Assembly: GCA_013265495.1 (NCBI GenBank)
Contig: MU061542.1
Span: 278,972-342,971 of the forward strand
Direction: 5' to 3'
DNA: 64,000 nt
Origin: Vicugna vicugna
Taxonomy: Eukaryota
A model generated the notes under the pieces. It saw only the letters and a list, made by a program, of their open reading frames with translations, was not told the origin of the DNA and ran no database searches. Of the stretch, positions 13,275 through 25,767 are shown one piece after another. How positions within the stretch are numbered: the stretch's first letter is position 1; every line of letters begins with the position of its first letter. The translations under genes were made by a program, and so were the position numbers.

Positions 13275-13940
13275 ATTTTGTTTAGGTATTATGTACATAA
13301 ACAAAAAGGCACAAATCATAAAGTTACAGCTGGATGAATTTGCCTTAATTGAACCCACCTATGTAACCAGCATCTATCTCAAGAAATAGAATATTTACCT
13401 CACCCTTCAGGCCTCTCATGTTCTTCTTTCCAGTCATTAACCGCAAGGGTGAAAAAACAGATAATTTCCTCTATTTTTGTGATTTACACAAATGGAATCA
13501 CATAGTGCACATTTTTGTGTGCTTAATTTATTTTGAACAAGAATATATTTGAGTGATTTATGCATTGGTGCATATTGTTGCATATGTTATGGAATTGTTC
13601 ATTCTCATTGCAATAGATCATTACATATGTCATTATTTATCTATCCAACTGATAGTGGAATTTGAGCAGTTTTCAGCTTGGGGCTTTGTGAGTTATGTTG
13701 ATATTTACATGTAGTACATATTTTCATGTATATGTATGTATTTCTGATGCACATACAAATAAGAGTGGAATTAGTGGATCATGAGAAGTGCCTATGTTCA
13801 GCTTTAATGCTTCCAGTTTTCTGAAGCAGTTACATTAACTTAAAGTTCCACCAGAAGTGTATGTGACTTCCAGTTGCTCCAAATTATTGTCATAAATTAC
13901 TTAGAATTTTTTATTTTTAGTCATTTTACTGGGTGACAGT
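13275..13940 (-). mobile_element. Ancient L1M 3' end fragment
   Basis: 'aagttacagctggatgaattt', 'cacctatgtaaccagc', 'aatggaatcacatagtg' and 'agagtggaatt..tggatcat' are old L1 3' motifs. Confidence 0.7.
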
Positions 13941-14699
13941 AGAAATTCTTACAAGACTGAATCCATTATTTATTACATTTATGATAAATTGCTTCCCTTG
14001 TATTTCATCTGCTATACTTTACTCTTTCACCACATCTTTCTTACTCCAAATGAGGAAATCTCTCTACTTTTGAGTGATTACATTAGGGCCACCAGAATAA
14101 TTCAGATAGTCTCTCTATTTTAGGTCTGTAATTTTAATTACATATATAAAATATCTTTACATAAGTACCTGAAATAGTGTTTTATTGAATAAAAAAATGA
14201 GAATCTTAAGCAAATAGTTTGACTACCGTACAAACTACTGTGTTAATCTTCAACCCTTTCAGGGATACTGACACAAGTGTCCCTTGACTTTTGTGAGACA
14301 GATGCCTTCATTACTCATGGCAAAGCAAGCAGTATGTGTATTAGGTTGCTTGTGTACATTTCCCTTGTCCCAAGTCCCATGGGTGGCACACAGAGTGGCA
14401 GATGATATCTGCACCTACATTGGTTGGTTTGGATTTGGGAAAAACCCTGGCCACACAGTTTTCAAGCAGGTCACACACATCCAAGTTAACAGCAAATGAG
14501 CAAGACCTTCTTCCACCAAAAAGCATGTAGTTACAAAGTTGTCACACTGTGGTTGCTTTGATCTATTTAGTTGTCTATGTGACTGGTCACACAGATTGCT
14601 ATAAGGAGTGGCAAACTCAATAAGAATGTGTAGGGACACTAAGGATCCACAGCAGGCTACCTCTCCCAACAAACTCCTTCACATAAATATTTAATCTGT

Positions 14700-15230
14700 A
14701 CCATCTACTCACTTTCTCTTTTATAACCTTGCTGACTTCTTTTCCTCTCACTCATTCCACTTCAACCATCTTGCTATTTCTTCAAATGGCAAGCATATTA
14801 TTCCCAATACAAGACCAACATAAGCCTAGTTCTTCCCAATAGAATTTTCTGCAAGGATGGGAATAATATGTAATGGGCACTATGTGCATGTGGATACTAA
14901 GCATTGACACACAATGAAACAATTACAATTTTAAATTTAATTAAACCTAGTCCATTTACATTTAAATAGCCCCTTGTGGCTAGTGGACTGTGCAGCTCTA
15001 AGTTTCATCTACTTGCAATAATCACAATAACCTTCCCTGAATATTTATATGCCTAACTCTCCTTTGCCCATGTTATACTTCTCAGTGAGATTTTTTCTGA
15101 CCTCTTCATAGAATGCTGCAACTACCTTCCATCTCACTTCCAAGGTACCGTGCTCTCCTTTCTATTTTTTACTTTATAGCACTTATCACTTTGTGATATA
15201 GTATTTGAGTATAATTTATTATATTAATAT
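14700..15230 (+). mobile_element. LINE-2 fragment interrupted by MER3
   Basis: Pyrimidine-rich L2 3' sequence ('ctcactcattccacttcaacca..ttgctatttcttcaa', 'ttatagcacttatcact') lies on both sides of the MER3. Confidence 0.5.
14826..14997 (+). mobile_element. hAT-Charlie MITE (MER3-like)
   Basis: 'ccaatagaattttctgcaaggatggga ... catgtggatactaagcattga ... atttaaatagccccttgtggctagtgg' matches the recalled MER3 consensus. Confidence 0.7.
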
Positions 15231-15999
15231 TTATTTAAGGCTTTTGGGAGATATTTTATTGGTATCATTTTATTGTCTTTTCCCCATTGATTTTTTCCCC
15301 TGTTTTCTAAAATCAAATGTATTACTTTCAATTTTTTTCATGAAAACCATTCATTCTAAGTCTCTCAGGTTTATTAACTTATTATTACATCTGTTACCCC
15401 AAAAGGTAAAGACCCCAGTTCTTTTCATACTGGAAAGATAATTTTACAGTCAGGAGATGGTGCATTGTGCAGCAAGTGATTTTTAAAGATTTATTTAGAA
15501 AAGAAAAACTTTACCTCCAAGAACAGGAGGTAGGCTGATCCAAGGGAGGAAAATTGGCAGTTTTTGTCTCCCTTTTCTCTTATATCCTCACTCAGAATTA
15601 GTCTCTTGGTTGATTGATGACTTTTGTCCCTGGAGTGCTTACTCATGTCTGGCCCCTTTGTGCATGTCCTCATCCATGGTGTACCCATAAAAACCCATGG
15701 GGGTCCTAAACTATATATATAAACTCATGGGGGCACTAAATTATATATAATGCAGTTTATGAGTATCAGGTTTTGTCCAGTTACATCCTTTCTGCTACTG
15801 CACAGTCGTGGCTCTCAGGTTCTAACAGGTTTCTTGCTGGCACTCACTTAGAAGTAAAGTCCCTTTATGCAGGAGGCAGGCATACTACCATCTTCCAGAC
15901 CATCCTTCCTCTCCTCCACCTACCTGCCTGGTGCCCCTACATATATAACTACCTAACCCATCTAATATTCTCTTTTAAAATAAGCACATAAACTGTTAA

Positions 16000-16613
16000 G
16001 TAGGACATATGACTATGCATTTGTTAAAATCTATAAAAAGTAAAACTTAATCATATTCAAACTAAAAATAAATCAACAGATTTCAAGAATCTCAGCATGG
16101 AATGCTGAATATGACAAATAAATCCAATTGTATGACATAATTACATAGAAGATGGTGATGGGAAGTGTAATTTTGAAAACTGTTTGAATGAGTATAAGAC
16201 TAATGGGAAAATAAAACTAAACAGAAACATTGTACTCTCTGATAAATTTGTTTCTTACAGGGATACAGGAATGCAGGTTATAAATTCTGAAATTATATGT
16301 ACACTAGGGTTTAACAAATATGTAAATAATAGCAGACAATGGAAGCCAGATTTCTCACTATCAAAGTATGAAGGTACACCTAAGCAAACACAGAAAGCTA
16401 TAACAAACTCTGTGGTGCTAGATTAGAGTCAGAGATATAATTAAAAATATATATTTCTTCATTTATATATACTGTATAGACTCATAAGTACTTTCCCTAA
16501 ATATTGACAAATTTTACTGTATCATCAGAAAGATATTCATCATCAGATATATATAGTAATAATTATAGATATGCATGCACACATGTTTCAGCATAAGTAC
16601 ATATATTTACTAG
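16000..16613 (+). mobile_element. L1MC-like 3' UTR that hosts the class I provirus; resumes at ~32064-32130
   Basis: 'tatgcatttgttaaaa', 'ggaatgctgaatatgacaaataaatccaattgtat' and 'gtggtgctagattagagtcagag'. The text 'tttactag|ctctatcaactga..gggcctagga' continues after the 3' LTR. Confidence 0.7.
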
Positions 16614-17119
16614 TGCTAACTAAAAATTGGCACTTGCCATCTTACTCTACAAAGATTGGATCAAGTTGACACTTGCCATCTAACTCTGCTTGGATTAAAT
16701 CACAAGCCACTGCAGCTGCTGACTAACACATTCTGAAAAGAGTTCAGGATGAAGATCAGGAATGAGGCACTCTATGCTCTGGGGAAACTGGTTGAACAGG
16801 ACTTCAGATAGTGAGATATTTTCAGGAGACTTTATGAGCCCAAATTCTTACATCTCATATTTAGAAAAAGGGCCAAACTCATTAATGGTGACACCTGCTT
16901 CTCATGACTAGCAGCAACCCTCTGCCTAAGAATGTGCTTGACTGCATGTAACACCCTCCTTACTGAAATTATATATAATACTGAGTTTCCCCTCTGCCTC
17001 TTTAGAACATTTTCTCAGAGCTATCTGAGGTGCTGTCTCCTGGACTATAGTCCTCATTTTGCCCCCAAATAAAACTTAAGCCACAACTCTCACATTGTGT
17101 GATTTTACTTCAGCTGACA
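16614..17119 (+). repeat. 5' LTR of class I provirus
   Basis: It runs 'tgctaactaaaa'...'tcagctgaca', with a TATA-like 'tatatataata' at ~16970 and AATAAA at ~17068. It is a direct repeat of 31566-32062. Confidence 0.92.
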
Positions 17120-17123
17120 GTTT

Positions 17124-17141
17124 TGGAAACCATAGAGGGAC
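17124..17141 (+). promoter_or_regulatory. Primer binding site, tRNA-Arg-like
   Basis: TGGAAACCATAGAGGGAC lies just after the LTR. It matches about 14/18 to the recalled complement of the tRNA-Arg(TCG) 3' end (TGGTAACCACGGAGGGAT), and two mismatches fall in one CpG. Confidence 0.6.
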
Positions 17142-17599
17142 CCAGAGCAGACTTCTCTCTTTCACCTAAACTTTACAAGAAACCAGAGTTTTGTTACCAG
17201 CAGAGACCCTTTGTGCCCATTTGCCTTTTTTGGGAGTCCAGATGAATTTGGGTGAGTCTCCCCTGGTTCTTGGATCTCCCTTACTGGTTGATGGTCCTGA
17301 GATTTACTTGGTAGTGTATTCAGGTACCTGGTCCTCTAGTTGAGAGATACTGGTGAAAAATACCCATCCAGTAGAGGTGTGTTGGAGGGGTCTTGGTTGA
17401 AAGATATCAGGGAAATACCCACCTGGAGAAGATGTCCTAGGTGGGGCTGGTTGAAAGAGACCAAGCTCTGGACTAAGTGGTTAGGTAAGAGTCTGAGCCA
17501 ACACTTTTCCCCAACTGACTACCTCAATAAAATTTATCAGGATAAAAGTGAAATTTTATCCTGGCAAATTCTACATTAAAAAGAAAAATAGAGTGTTTC

Positions 17600-18990
17600 A
17601 AACAGAGAAACAAGGGGCATCAGAAAACCAGCCTCTGACTAACACCCCAGCCAGATTCATGTATGGAGCTCCTACTTATAAGTACTTCCTTAATTGGGGA
17701 AATTATGCTAAAGGAGATCTCAATCTAAAATGGCAAAATTGGGATTATTTTGATATTCCAAAATTGTTATTTTTGTGTGCACAGTTAGAAAAAGCCAACC
17801 ATAAGATCAAACAGACTGAATGGAATGCTTACTTGATTGGTACTTAGAATCTTCTAAAAGAGAAAATAATGAAGGCACTTCTTTGCCAGAAAATGACAAG
17901 AAATTGCCTGAAACTGTATCAGAAATAAAAAATGCCACTAACACTGATACTGTCTCTCCCTCTGCTTCTCAGTTGTATCCTCTTCTACCTAAATTTCCTG
18001 GTTCAGATACTCTCTCTCTTTCTCTTTCATCTCTTCCACCTTCTGCTATTCCCTCTCCCTCAGTAAGGAGGATAAATGATCAGAGTTGAGTATAGACCCC
18101 TCCCTTTAAGGAAAAAATAAAAGCTATTACAGGAAGAGGTGAAACATCCTTGGTGTTTATGCACACACCCTGGACCAGAGCAGAACTTAGAACCTTGGCT
18201 AAGAAATTTACCAATCCAAGTAAGGATCCACTGGGATTTGCTAAGGAGTTTGAGCTAACCATCCAGACCTATGAGCCTGGGTTTTCAGATCTATATCAAT
18301 TTGTTTCTGAAAATAAAGCAAAGGAACGGACAGTGAAGGCAGGATGGAAACAACCTCTAATGGACTCTGAATTACATATCCACAGGCTCACACTGAATAC
18401 AAGGAACTAGCTAAAAAATTACTTGAATGTATTTTTTCCTAAAGCCTATAGACTGGACAAAGATTCAGCAGTGCGAGCAAAGACCTGATGAATCAATTCT
18501 GGTCTTTTATAAAAGTTTTAGGAAAAAAAAAAACTTTTAAGCAATATTCTGTTTTGACACCTGAATCATTCTCTAATCACCAAAATGATCTTTTAACTCT
18601 GCCTTTTTAGAAGGCTTAGATGAGGAATTAATTACTCTAGTCAAAAGATGATCTAGTCTGGTCTGCATTACCTACAATTGCCCTTGGTACATGGGCTGAC
18701 CAACTTTTCAATACCATTCAAAATAAAGAAAAGAGGCTATCTACAGATATCATGAACCTTCAATTGCAGCAATTAAGCACTCAATGCTAGTTGAAGGTTA
18801 ACTAATCTCCATTCAATCTACAATCAAATTCAGAAGACCAAAGTTTACTTTTACTGTAGAATACCAGGGCATCAGAAAATAATTTTTAAGTTAAGAAGGA
18901 GAAGCCTAGAAGGAAAACTGGATTTTAGACTGGAATTATGAGTTAAACATTTATTAGAATTATGAGTTAAACAGAAAATTTACAAGAATA
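17600..18990 (+). pseudogene. gag: Retroviral gag, disrupted
   Basis: Fragments include the MA-like PARFMY...LKWQNWDYFDIPKLLFL and the CA-like PWTRAELRTLAKKFTNPSKDPLGFAKEFELTIQTYEPGFSDLYQ. A decayed zinc knuckle (FYCRIPGHQK) is at ~18850. There are multiple stops and frameshifts. Confidence 0.82.
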
Positions 18991-18999
18991 GGGCTACTC

Positions 19000-19730
19000 T
19001 GAGGGAACATGGGGAGTCTCCCTTCTCTTCTCTAATGCCCTAAGAGAAGTAGAAATGATTATACAAGGAGAAACAATTAAAGCCCTGATAGATACAGGGG
19101 CCATGTTTTAAGTTTTGAATGCTACAAAAAATAAACATTCTCTCCGTCAGAGTAATAACTCAGTACAGATGGTAGGGATTTCTAATACACCTATTAAGGC
19201 ATTTAAATCATTACCTTTAGAATTCTTCTTAAGGGAACATAAAGGCAGGCACTCCTTTTTTCTGGTGGAAAGTGCTCCCATTCACCTGCTAGCAGAGATC
19301 TTTTGGAAACTTGTGAAGCTAATTTTTTCTTTACTTCTAAGGAAGAAATGTTTCTAGATCTGAAGGGCCAATCAGACTTCCTTTATCATATTTATATAAT
19401 GTTGATGAGTCATGATGAGGATGATGCTGAACAAGACAAGTTGCTAGACTTAGTACCTAAGAATTATGGCCACTTGATTCTACCAACATTGAAAGAATAC
19501 ATTCTTCATCACTCATTGAAATATTTGTCATTCTGTAGTGCCAAATTCCCATACCTTACTGTCCATATTCCAAAAAGCAGTGAGTTCTTTTCTGTGATAG
19601 ATTTCTATAACACATGCTTTTTAGTATCCCTGTACATCTAGATGATCATTATCTTTTTGCCTTTAGTTGAAATGAGAGTCAATATATATGTAGACAGGGC
19701 TATACTGAAAGCCCCACTTACTTCTTTTAG
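19000..19730 (+). pseudogene. pol: Retroviral protease and N-terminal RT remnant, disrupted and truncated
   Basis: ALIDTGA is at 19082-19102 and SAPIHLL follows. RT motifs FFSVID (~19585), YLFAFS and GYTESPTYF (~19700) are present. No YxDD or RNase H follows. Confidence 0.82.
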
Positions 19731-19932
19731 AAATTTTTTTTCATAATTCTGACAATGAAAGAAAAAGCCCTTCTAGGAGAACTTGTTTTTCTCTCCCTGT
19801 GCCTTAATACCAGTGCTCTCAGAAATATTTATCTCATCTAGACCATTTTTAATTCCTGAGACAGCAGGAAAGAAAAGAAAAAATGGAAGGAGCCTTTTAA
19901 ATTTAGCTTGTTCCAATTGTTAAAACTAGTGA

Positions 19933-20136
19933 GATTTACAGAAACAGACTCATAGATATAGTAAACAATCTTATGATTACCGAGAGAAAGTGGGTGGAAA
20001 GGGATACATTTGGGAGTTGGAGACTTGTAAATGTTAGCCTCTATATATAAATAGATTAAAAACAAGTTTATTCTGTACAGGGAACTATATTCAATATCTT
20101 ATAATGACCACTAATGAAAAAGTATGTGAAAATGAG

Positions 20137-20176
<40 letters not shown>

Positions 20177-20236
20177 TAACTGAGTTGTTGTGCATCAGAA
20201 ACTGACATATTGTAATTGTACTTGTTAAAAAAAAAT
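19933..20236 (+). mobile_element. Short 5'-truncated L1 3' UTR nested in the ERV, containing a (TA)n tract at ~20139-20172
   Basis: L1 3' UTR sequence ('acagaaacagactcataga', 'agggaactatattcaatatctt') with an A-tail. It is flanked by the direct repeat 'actagtga' at 19925-19932 and 20237-20244. Confidence 0.88.
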
Positions 20237-23200
20237 ACTAGTGAATTTTATGTTGTAAAACCTGATTCATGACCAAGTTTAGAAAATGAAACTATGAGAT
20301 CTCTGATTGTGTCTGTCTGAATGTCTATGTGGGTATTATATGTGTCTTTACCTTTGGATGATATTATCAAAATTAATTTGTAAATGAGCTGTACTTAATA
20401 GGCCTAAAGAAAGTAAGCATTTATATAAATTGTCAGAAATATAAAAGGAAACTGGCAAGAATGAATTTCATGCTCAAATGAACCTGGAATATTCAGTATG
20501 AAGTTAATATCTGGTATTAAATTTTGCTGATTTAATTAATATAGACATGTCTTTAGAGTCATTAACATTAAGTATAATGCCTTTGTTGTACATAGGTTTA
20601 ATAGAAGTCAAATACGATCTTGTTATATCTGTTGCAAATTTGTCAGCAAGAGAAAACAATTGGTATAGTGAAATTTTTAAAAGTAAATTGAATGCAAATG
20701 AAATAAGAGCCTTTGGATGATACTTTAAGAGTAATATATTTTAGAAATATCTACTTAAAAAAAATCTCCAGATATTTGGTAACTTAAAATTGTTGTTGTT
20801 GTGCTAAATTAAGTTAAATGATGTAAGTTTATTGAATAGCTATGTTATTCCCAAATATAGTAAAATACTGAAACATTAATTACTGAATATTGGCTGCATT
20901 TTGCAGAGAAACAAATAGTATTGAGAACTATGAATAAATATTTTTAGTGCCAAAATGAGACATTTTCTATAAGAAAGTGTGTAATTATTAGAAATTATTA
21001 TTGATATTTGTTTGACAATCTACAGAATACAAATGTAAAAGTAATTCATAATTGTTTACTTCTTAGTTTTCATTAGAGATTGAGGTTTTTAAGAGTTAAG
21101 GATTCTATTTTAAAAATTTAATTAAAGCTACAAGGAAAAATAAAGGAAATATTTCAGTATACAGTAGTAAATTATGATGTGTGATTCAGTAAAGCAGGTA
21201 TGAGGAATGGAATTGCATTTTGTTAAGGAAAAATAAAAGTAAGTTTGTCCTATAGCTAGTTGTTTCTGAATGGAGAAAAATAAGGAGGGAACTAATATGG
21301 ATACAGAAAGTGATGAATGGTTTGTGGAAAGAAACCCTAAGAAAAGAGCTTTGTGCATTATCAGGACTAGTTAAATTTAGATTCAATTGAAATAAGTAAG
21401 TGGATTTGGTTGTTAAAAGTAATCTGGTGCAAAACTTGAATTTAGTTTTTCTCTCTGATAAGAGGACACTTTTTCTTAGAAGGTTGATCTGTTTTTGATA
21501 ACAAAGTAAAAAGCTTCTTTTATCTTTAATCATAAATCTCTTAAACTTTCCATATTTGCCTTTCAAATGTTTTATAATCACTTTGGCTAAGGGAATAAAT
21601 ATTGTTTCACAGTGACCTGTGATCCTACCTGACCAAGTGTTTTGAAACATTTTTGATACTTTTTAAAATAAACTTCCCATATCAAATTTTAAGGAAGTTT
21701 CTTTGACCCCTGGCTAAGTTTGGGTGGCTTCAAAGGGTCTCTGAAACATCCCAAAAAGAGATATTAAACTAATTATGTTCATTTGGTATGCTAACTTACA
21801 TAGAAAGTGTTGTCAAATAAGTAATCCTCTTAGGTTATATTAGGATAAATATTCTAGAAATTGTATAGAACTCTTAAAAATCTGTTATATCTTGGTAAAA
21901 TGCAACCAGTCATAATTCAAGATATTATCTTAAAATGTTATATGTCACAGAAATATCCAGGTTTCTTGTCAATTGCATTGTAATCAAGGTTTTGACTGTG
22001 CCTTAAGTTTTGGTTTACCCTGATGCCTTTGCAAATGCCTCCTCTTCAAGAAAGTTTATAGAAAAGAATTTGATAAGTACATAAATTCGATAACTTTCAT
22101 AACATAATGTTGAACTGGGTAAGAAGTTAAAGAATTCTAATGGAAAACCTGATGACTTCATAAAACTGTTAACAAAAAGGATTAGTTAAATAGGACTGAG
22201 TAAATTGGCAAATAATGGTTATAAATTTTTATAGATCCTGTCTGAAACATTATTGGCTTTTAGTCTGTGTTTTCTAGATATAAAGAAACTGTTCTTCTTA
22301 AGCTAATTAGGACTCAGCAATTTGGTACTTATGGTACAAAATGATACTTATGCAAGCAGACTTAGAACAGTTATCTCTCCTTTCTATCTGATCCTTTCAG
22401 AGACTGGAAACTATTAGGTTCCCAAGGGGATTTATCAGATAAATTAGGAAGACACCTCTTAACAAGAAGAGGAATCTCAGCATATTTTGAGGACCTTTAA
22501 AAGAAAATAATTCACCTAAGTCTGTAAGGCAAAATCTGTGAGAAGTCCTTGACATGGTTTTCCTGGCCCTAGAAGACCTTATTAAAATTTCAAACTGAGA
22601 CTCCTTATGAAAAGTTCTGGAGACAGCAGCCAAGATGGCAGAATAGAAGGACACTCATAGCTCACCTTCTCCCACAAATATGTCTAAAGTGACATCCATG
22701 GATGCACTCATCCAATCAGAACACCTGCTGAACTTCGACAGAACATCACCTTCTTCAAAAGACAAAATATGCCACACATCTGTTAGAAGAAAAGGAAAAA
22801 ATAAAGAAGAAAAAGGAAATTAATGTGGGGCCGGTCCTGTGGGGAAGAAGCAACAAAGAAGGAACAGTGCTTACACACTGGGTCTCCCTCTTTCCAATGC
22901 AGAGATCAGCATGTCAGAAAGGGAACTCTGAAGCTCAGATCTTTACAGAATAGCCCTGACTGACAGAACTAGGTGAAGCAGGCACAAAGGGTTTCTGTGG
23001 CCCCCAGCCCCAGATGCAAGCCTGCAGGGGTTGGATGGGACAGGCTGCCAAAGCTGCGAGGAGGACTGGGGCCGACTCTACAGAGAGAACCTTGAGGAAC
23101 TGAAGTGTGCTGTGTGCCATGGCTATGGGGGTATACAGAAGAGAACAGCCTGGGTCCCCCACAAAATACAAAAAAATAAAAAGCAAAGCAACACTGCAGG

Positions 23201-24476
23201 TGTGCCCTGGGGGGAGGGCTGCCATAGCATTTTTCTCCACAGACCCACAGTATCATTACTGCCTCCTCTTGGGAGGCTAGATAAAGGAGAAGAGAGGTGG
23301 GGATCAGCCAGAACCACCATATTCCCTAGTACTTGGCTGTTAGGTGGAGGTGGGGTTGAAACCTGAATCCATAACTAGGGCTCCACAACCTCATAGATAG
23401 GACTCAGATTTGTTTACAGCCCCAGGCAGAGGGGAACTTTCTGCACTGGTGCCTCTGTGGACTCGTAACTCTAAGACAAACAAACAAGAAGCAGAGTTCT
23501 GGCACACAGGGGTGCAAGTGCTGGTGTGGCCAATTTATGTGGGCCCACCTACCAAGAACAGAGGGGTGTGGGGAGCATCACTGAACAGGGAGCAACCTGC
23601 CCATATACCTTGCACTGACACAGCACCAGGACATGGCTTTGGGAGGCAGGGCAGCAGGACCCATGAGACCTGGCCAATTACCAGTGCTGGGACACAGTAC
23701 TGGAACATAGCAGTAGGAGCAGCACAGACTGGGGACAAAACCCAAGGGCCTCTGACCAGCCAGCACAGTTCACCCAGCAGGGCAAAGGCAGGAGCAGCAA
23801 CAACCACAGAGCAAAAAGGAGGCCCCACTCAATAGCCAGGGCAGGATCTGGTCACTGAAACACTGGCCTCACCCTCAACCAAAGGGATAATAGCCAAAAG
23901 GCACTGAAAGAAGACATGGCAAAAATCCTTACTTAAAAATGACCTTGCAACAAAATTATTAGGAGTGAGAAGTCTACAAGAAACACATGATCCTTTTTTT
24001 TTTTTTTAATTTTTAGTATTTATTTTTTAATTTTTTAAAATTCTTTTTATTTTAATCCTTTTTAAATTTTTCTTTTATTTTAGTATTATTTAAATTAATT
24101 TTTAAAATTTGTCTCAATTTGATCTATATTTCTCTATGTTTAATTTTCCTGTTATTGATTATACTCTTTTTTCAATTTTGTTTCCTTTAAATTTATTTAA
24201 TTTGTCTCAGTTGGATTTTTATTTCACTTTGTTATGTTCTGTTATTGATTATACTCTGTTTTCAAATCTTTTTTTTCTTTGAAATTAAAAAAAAAAGTTG
24301 TTTTGGTGGTAGTGGTGTTTTGCTTTGGTTTTGGAAATTTTTTCTTTGTCTTTTTTAGTTTTATTTCTGCATTTGCTATAAATAAACAAACAAACAAACA
24401 AACAAACAAATCCCTTCAGGACCACAGTAGATATCTGATACTCCAGAATCCACAGTGTCAGAGAGATACAAGTAAA

Positions 24477-25370
24477 ATGAATAAACAGAGGAACCAATCC
24501 CAATTAGAACAAGAGCAATCCCCTGAAAGAATGATCAATAAAATAGACCTTGAGAATCTACTAGATTATGAATTCAAAAAGGAGTGATCAAAATACTGAA
24601 GGAACTAAAAAAGATTGTTTTTAGAGTCAGAGAGTATGTCAAAAAGGAAACTAAAGCTATTAAGAGGAGCTAATTAAAATAGGAAAACTCATTTGCTGAG
24701 ATGAGAGCTAACCTCAAGGCTGTAAAAATTAAGCTAGATAATGAGAGGAATGAATAAGTGACTTAGAAGACAGGACAACAGAAGTCACCCAATCAGAACA
24801 GCTGAGAGAAAAACAAACATAAACCAATGAAAACAATATAAGGGACCTATGGGATAATAAAAAGCATGACAACCTATGCATAATAGGGGTCCCAGAAAGA
24901 GAAGAAAGAGAAAAGGGGATTGAAAAGGCATTTGAAGAAATCATGACTGAAAATTTCCCACAACTAAAGAAGGAATCAGATATCCAAGTACAGGAAGCTC
25001 AGAGGGTCCCAAACAAGAAGCAGCCAAACAGATTCACACTGACATATTATAATCAGGATGCCTAAGGTTAAGGATAAAGAAATGATTGTAAAGGAAGCAA
25101 AAGAAAGAGAAAGACTTAGTTACAAGAGAATCCCACTTAAGGCTTTCAGCTGATTTCTCTACAGAAATGCTGCAGGCCAGATGGGAGTGGAAAGACATAT
25201 TCAAAGTCCTGAATGAAAAAAGATGCAACCTAGAATACTTTACCCAGCAAGGCTATCCCTTAGAATATAAGGAGAGATAAAAATCTGCACAGACAAACAA
25301 AAAATAACAGAATGTAGCAACACTAAACCTATGCTAAAAGAAATATTGACAAGTCTACACTAAGTAGAAA
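24477..25370 (+). pseudogene. L1 ORF1p, disrupted
   Basis: MNKQRNQSQLE..., then DLWDN..NLCIIGVPEREE.EKG.EK.FEEIMTENFP and QPRILYPA motifs, with several stops and frameshifts. Confidence 0.88.
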
Positions 25371-25767
25371 ATAAGCAGGATGCTAGATAAAGGAGAAAAT
25401 TATAATTGGAAAGGTGATAACTACAATGAACTACAGCAGAATAGACATGAAATTATAAAAGAGGACATCAAAATCATTAAAAGTTGGAGAGGGGAGGAAG
25501 AAAATATAGTTTTTTTCTTTCCTTTTTTGTTTTTATTCTCAATAGGATGGGTTTGAGATTATATTACTATCTGTTTAAAACAAACAGATATACTAATGGG
25601 CTAATATATGTACAAAATAACAGTAACCACAGGCAAAAAGTTTACAATCAAGTTGAAAAATAAATAAAAAGTAGTCAAGATAATACAAAGGAAAATTATC
25701 AAACCCCAAAAATAAAAAGGAAGGAATAAAGAGGAAATACAAAATCAACTGGAAAACTAAGTTCAAA

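Noticed and set aside
15688..15750. Two ~31-bp direct repeats, also the 'gaattatgagttaaaca' pair at ~18933-18973, as a CRISPR-like array
   Set aside because: Each has only two copies and no spacer series; they are ordinary local tandem duplications in a mammalian genome.
21128..21650. Minus-strand ORFs in the ERV interior as accessory genes
   Set aside because: They are low-complexity F/L/K/I-rich translations of AT-rich DNA with no homology signal.
22935..23835. Overlapping ORFs in the L1 5' UTR, as an ORF0-like gene
   Set aside because: GC-rich UTRs give stop-poor frames on both strands, and I saw no counterpart in the other full-length L1.
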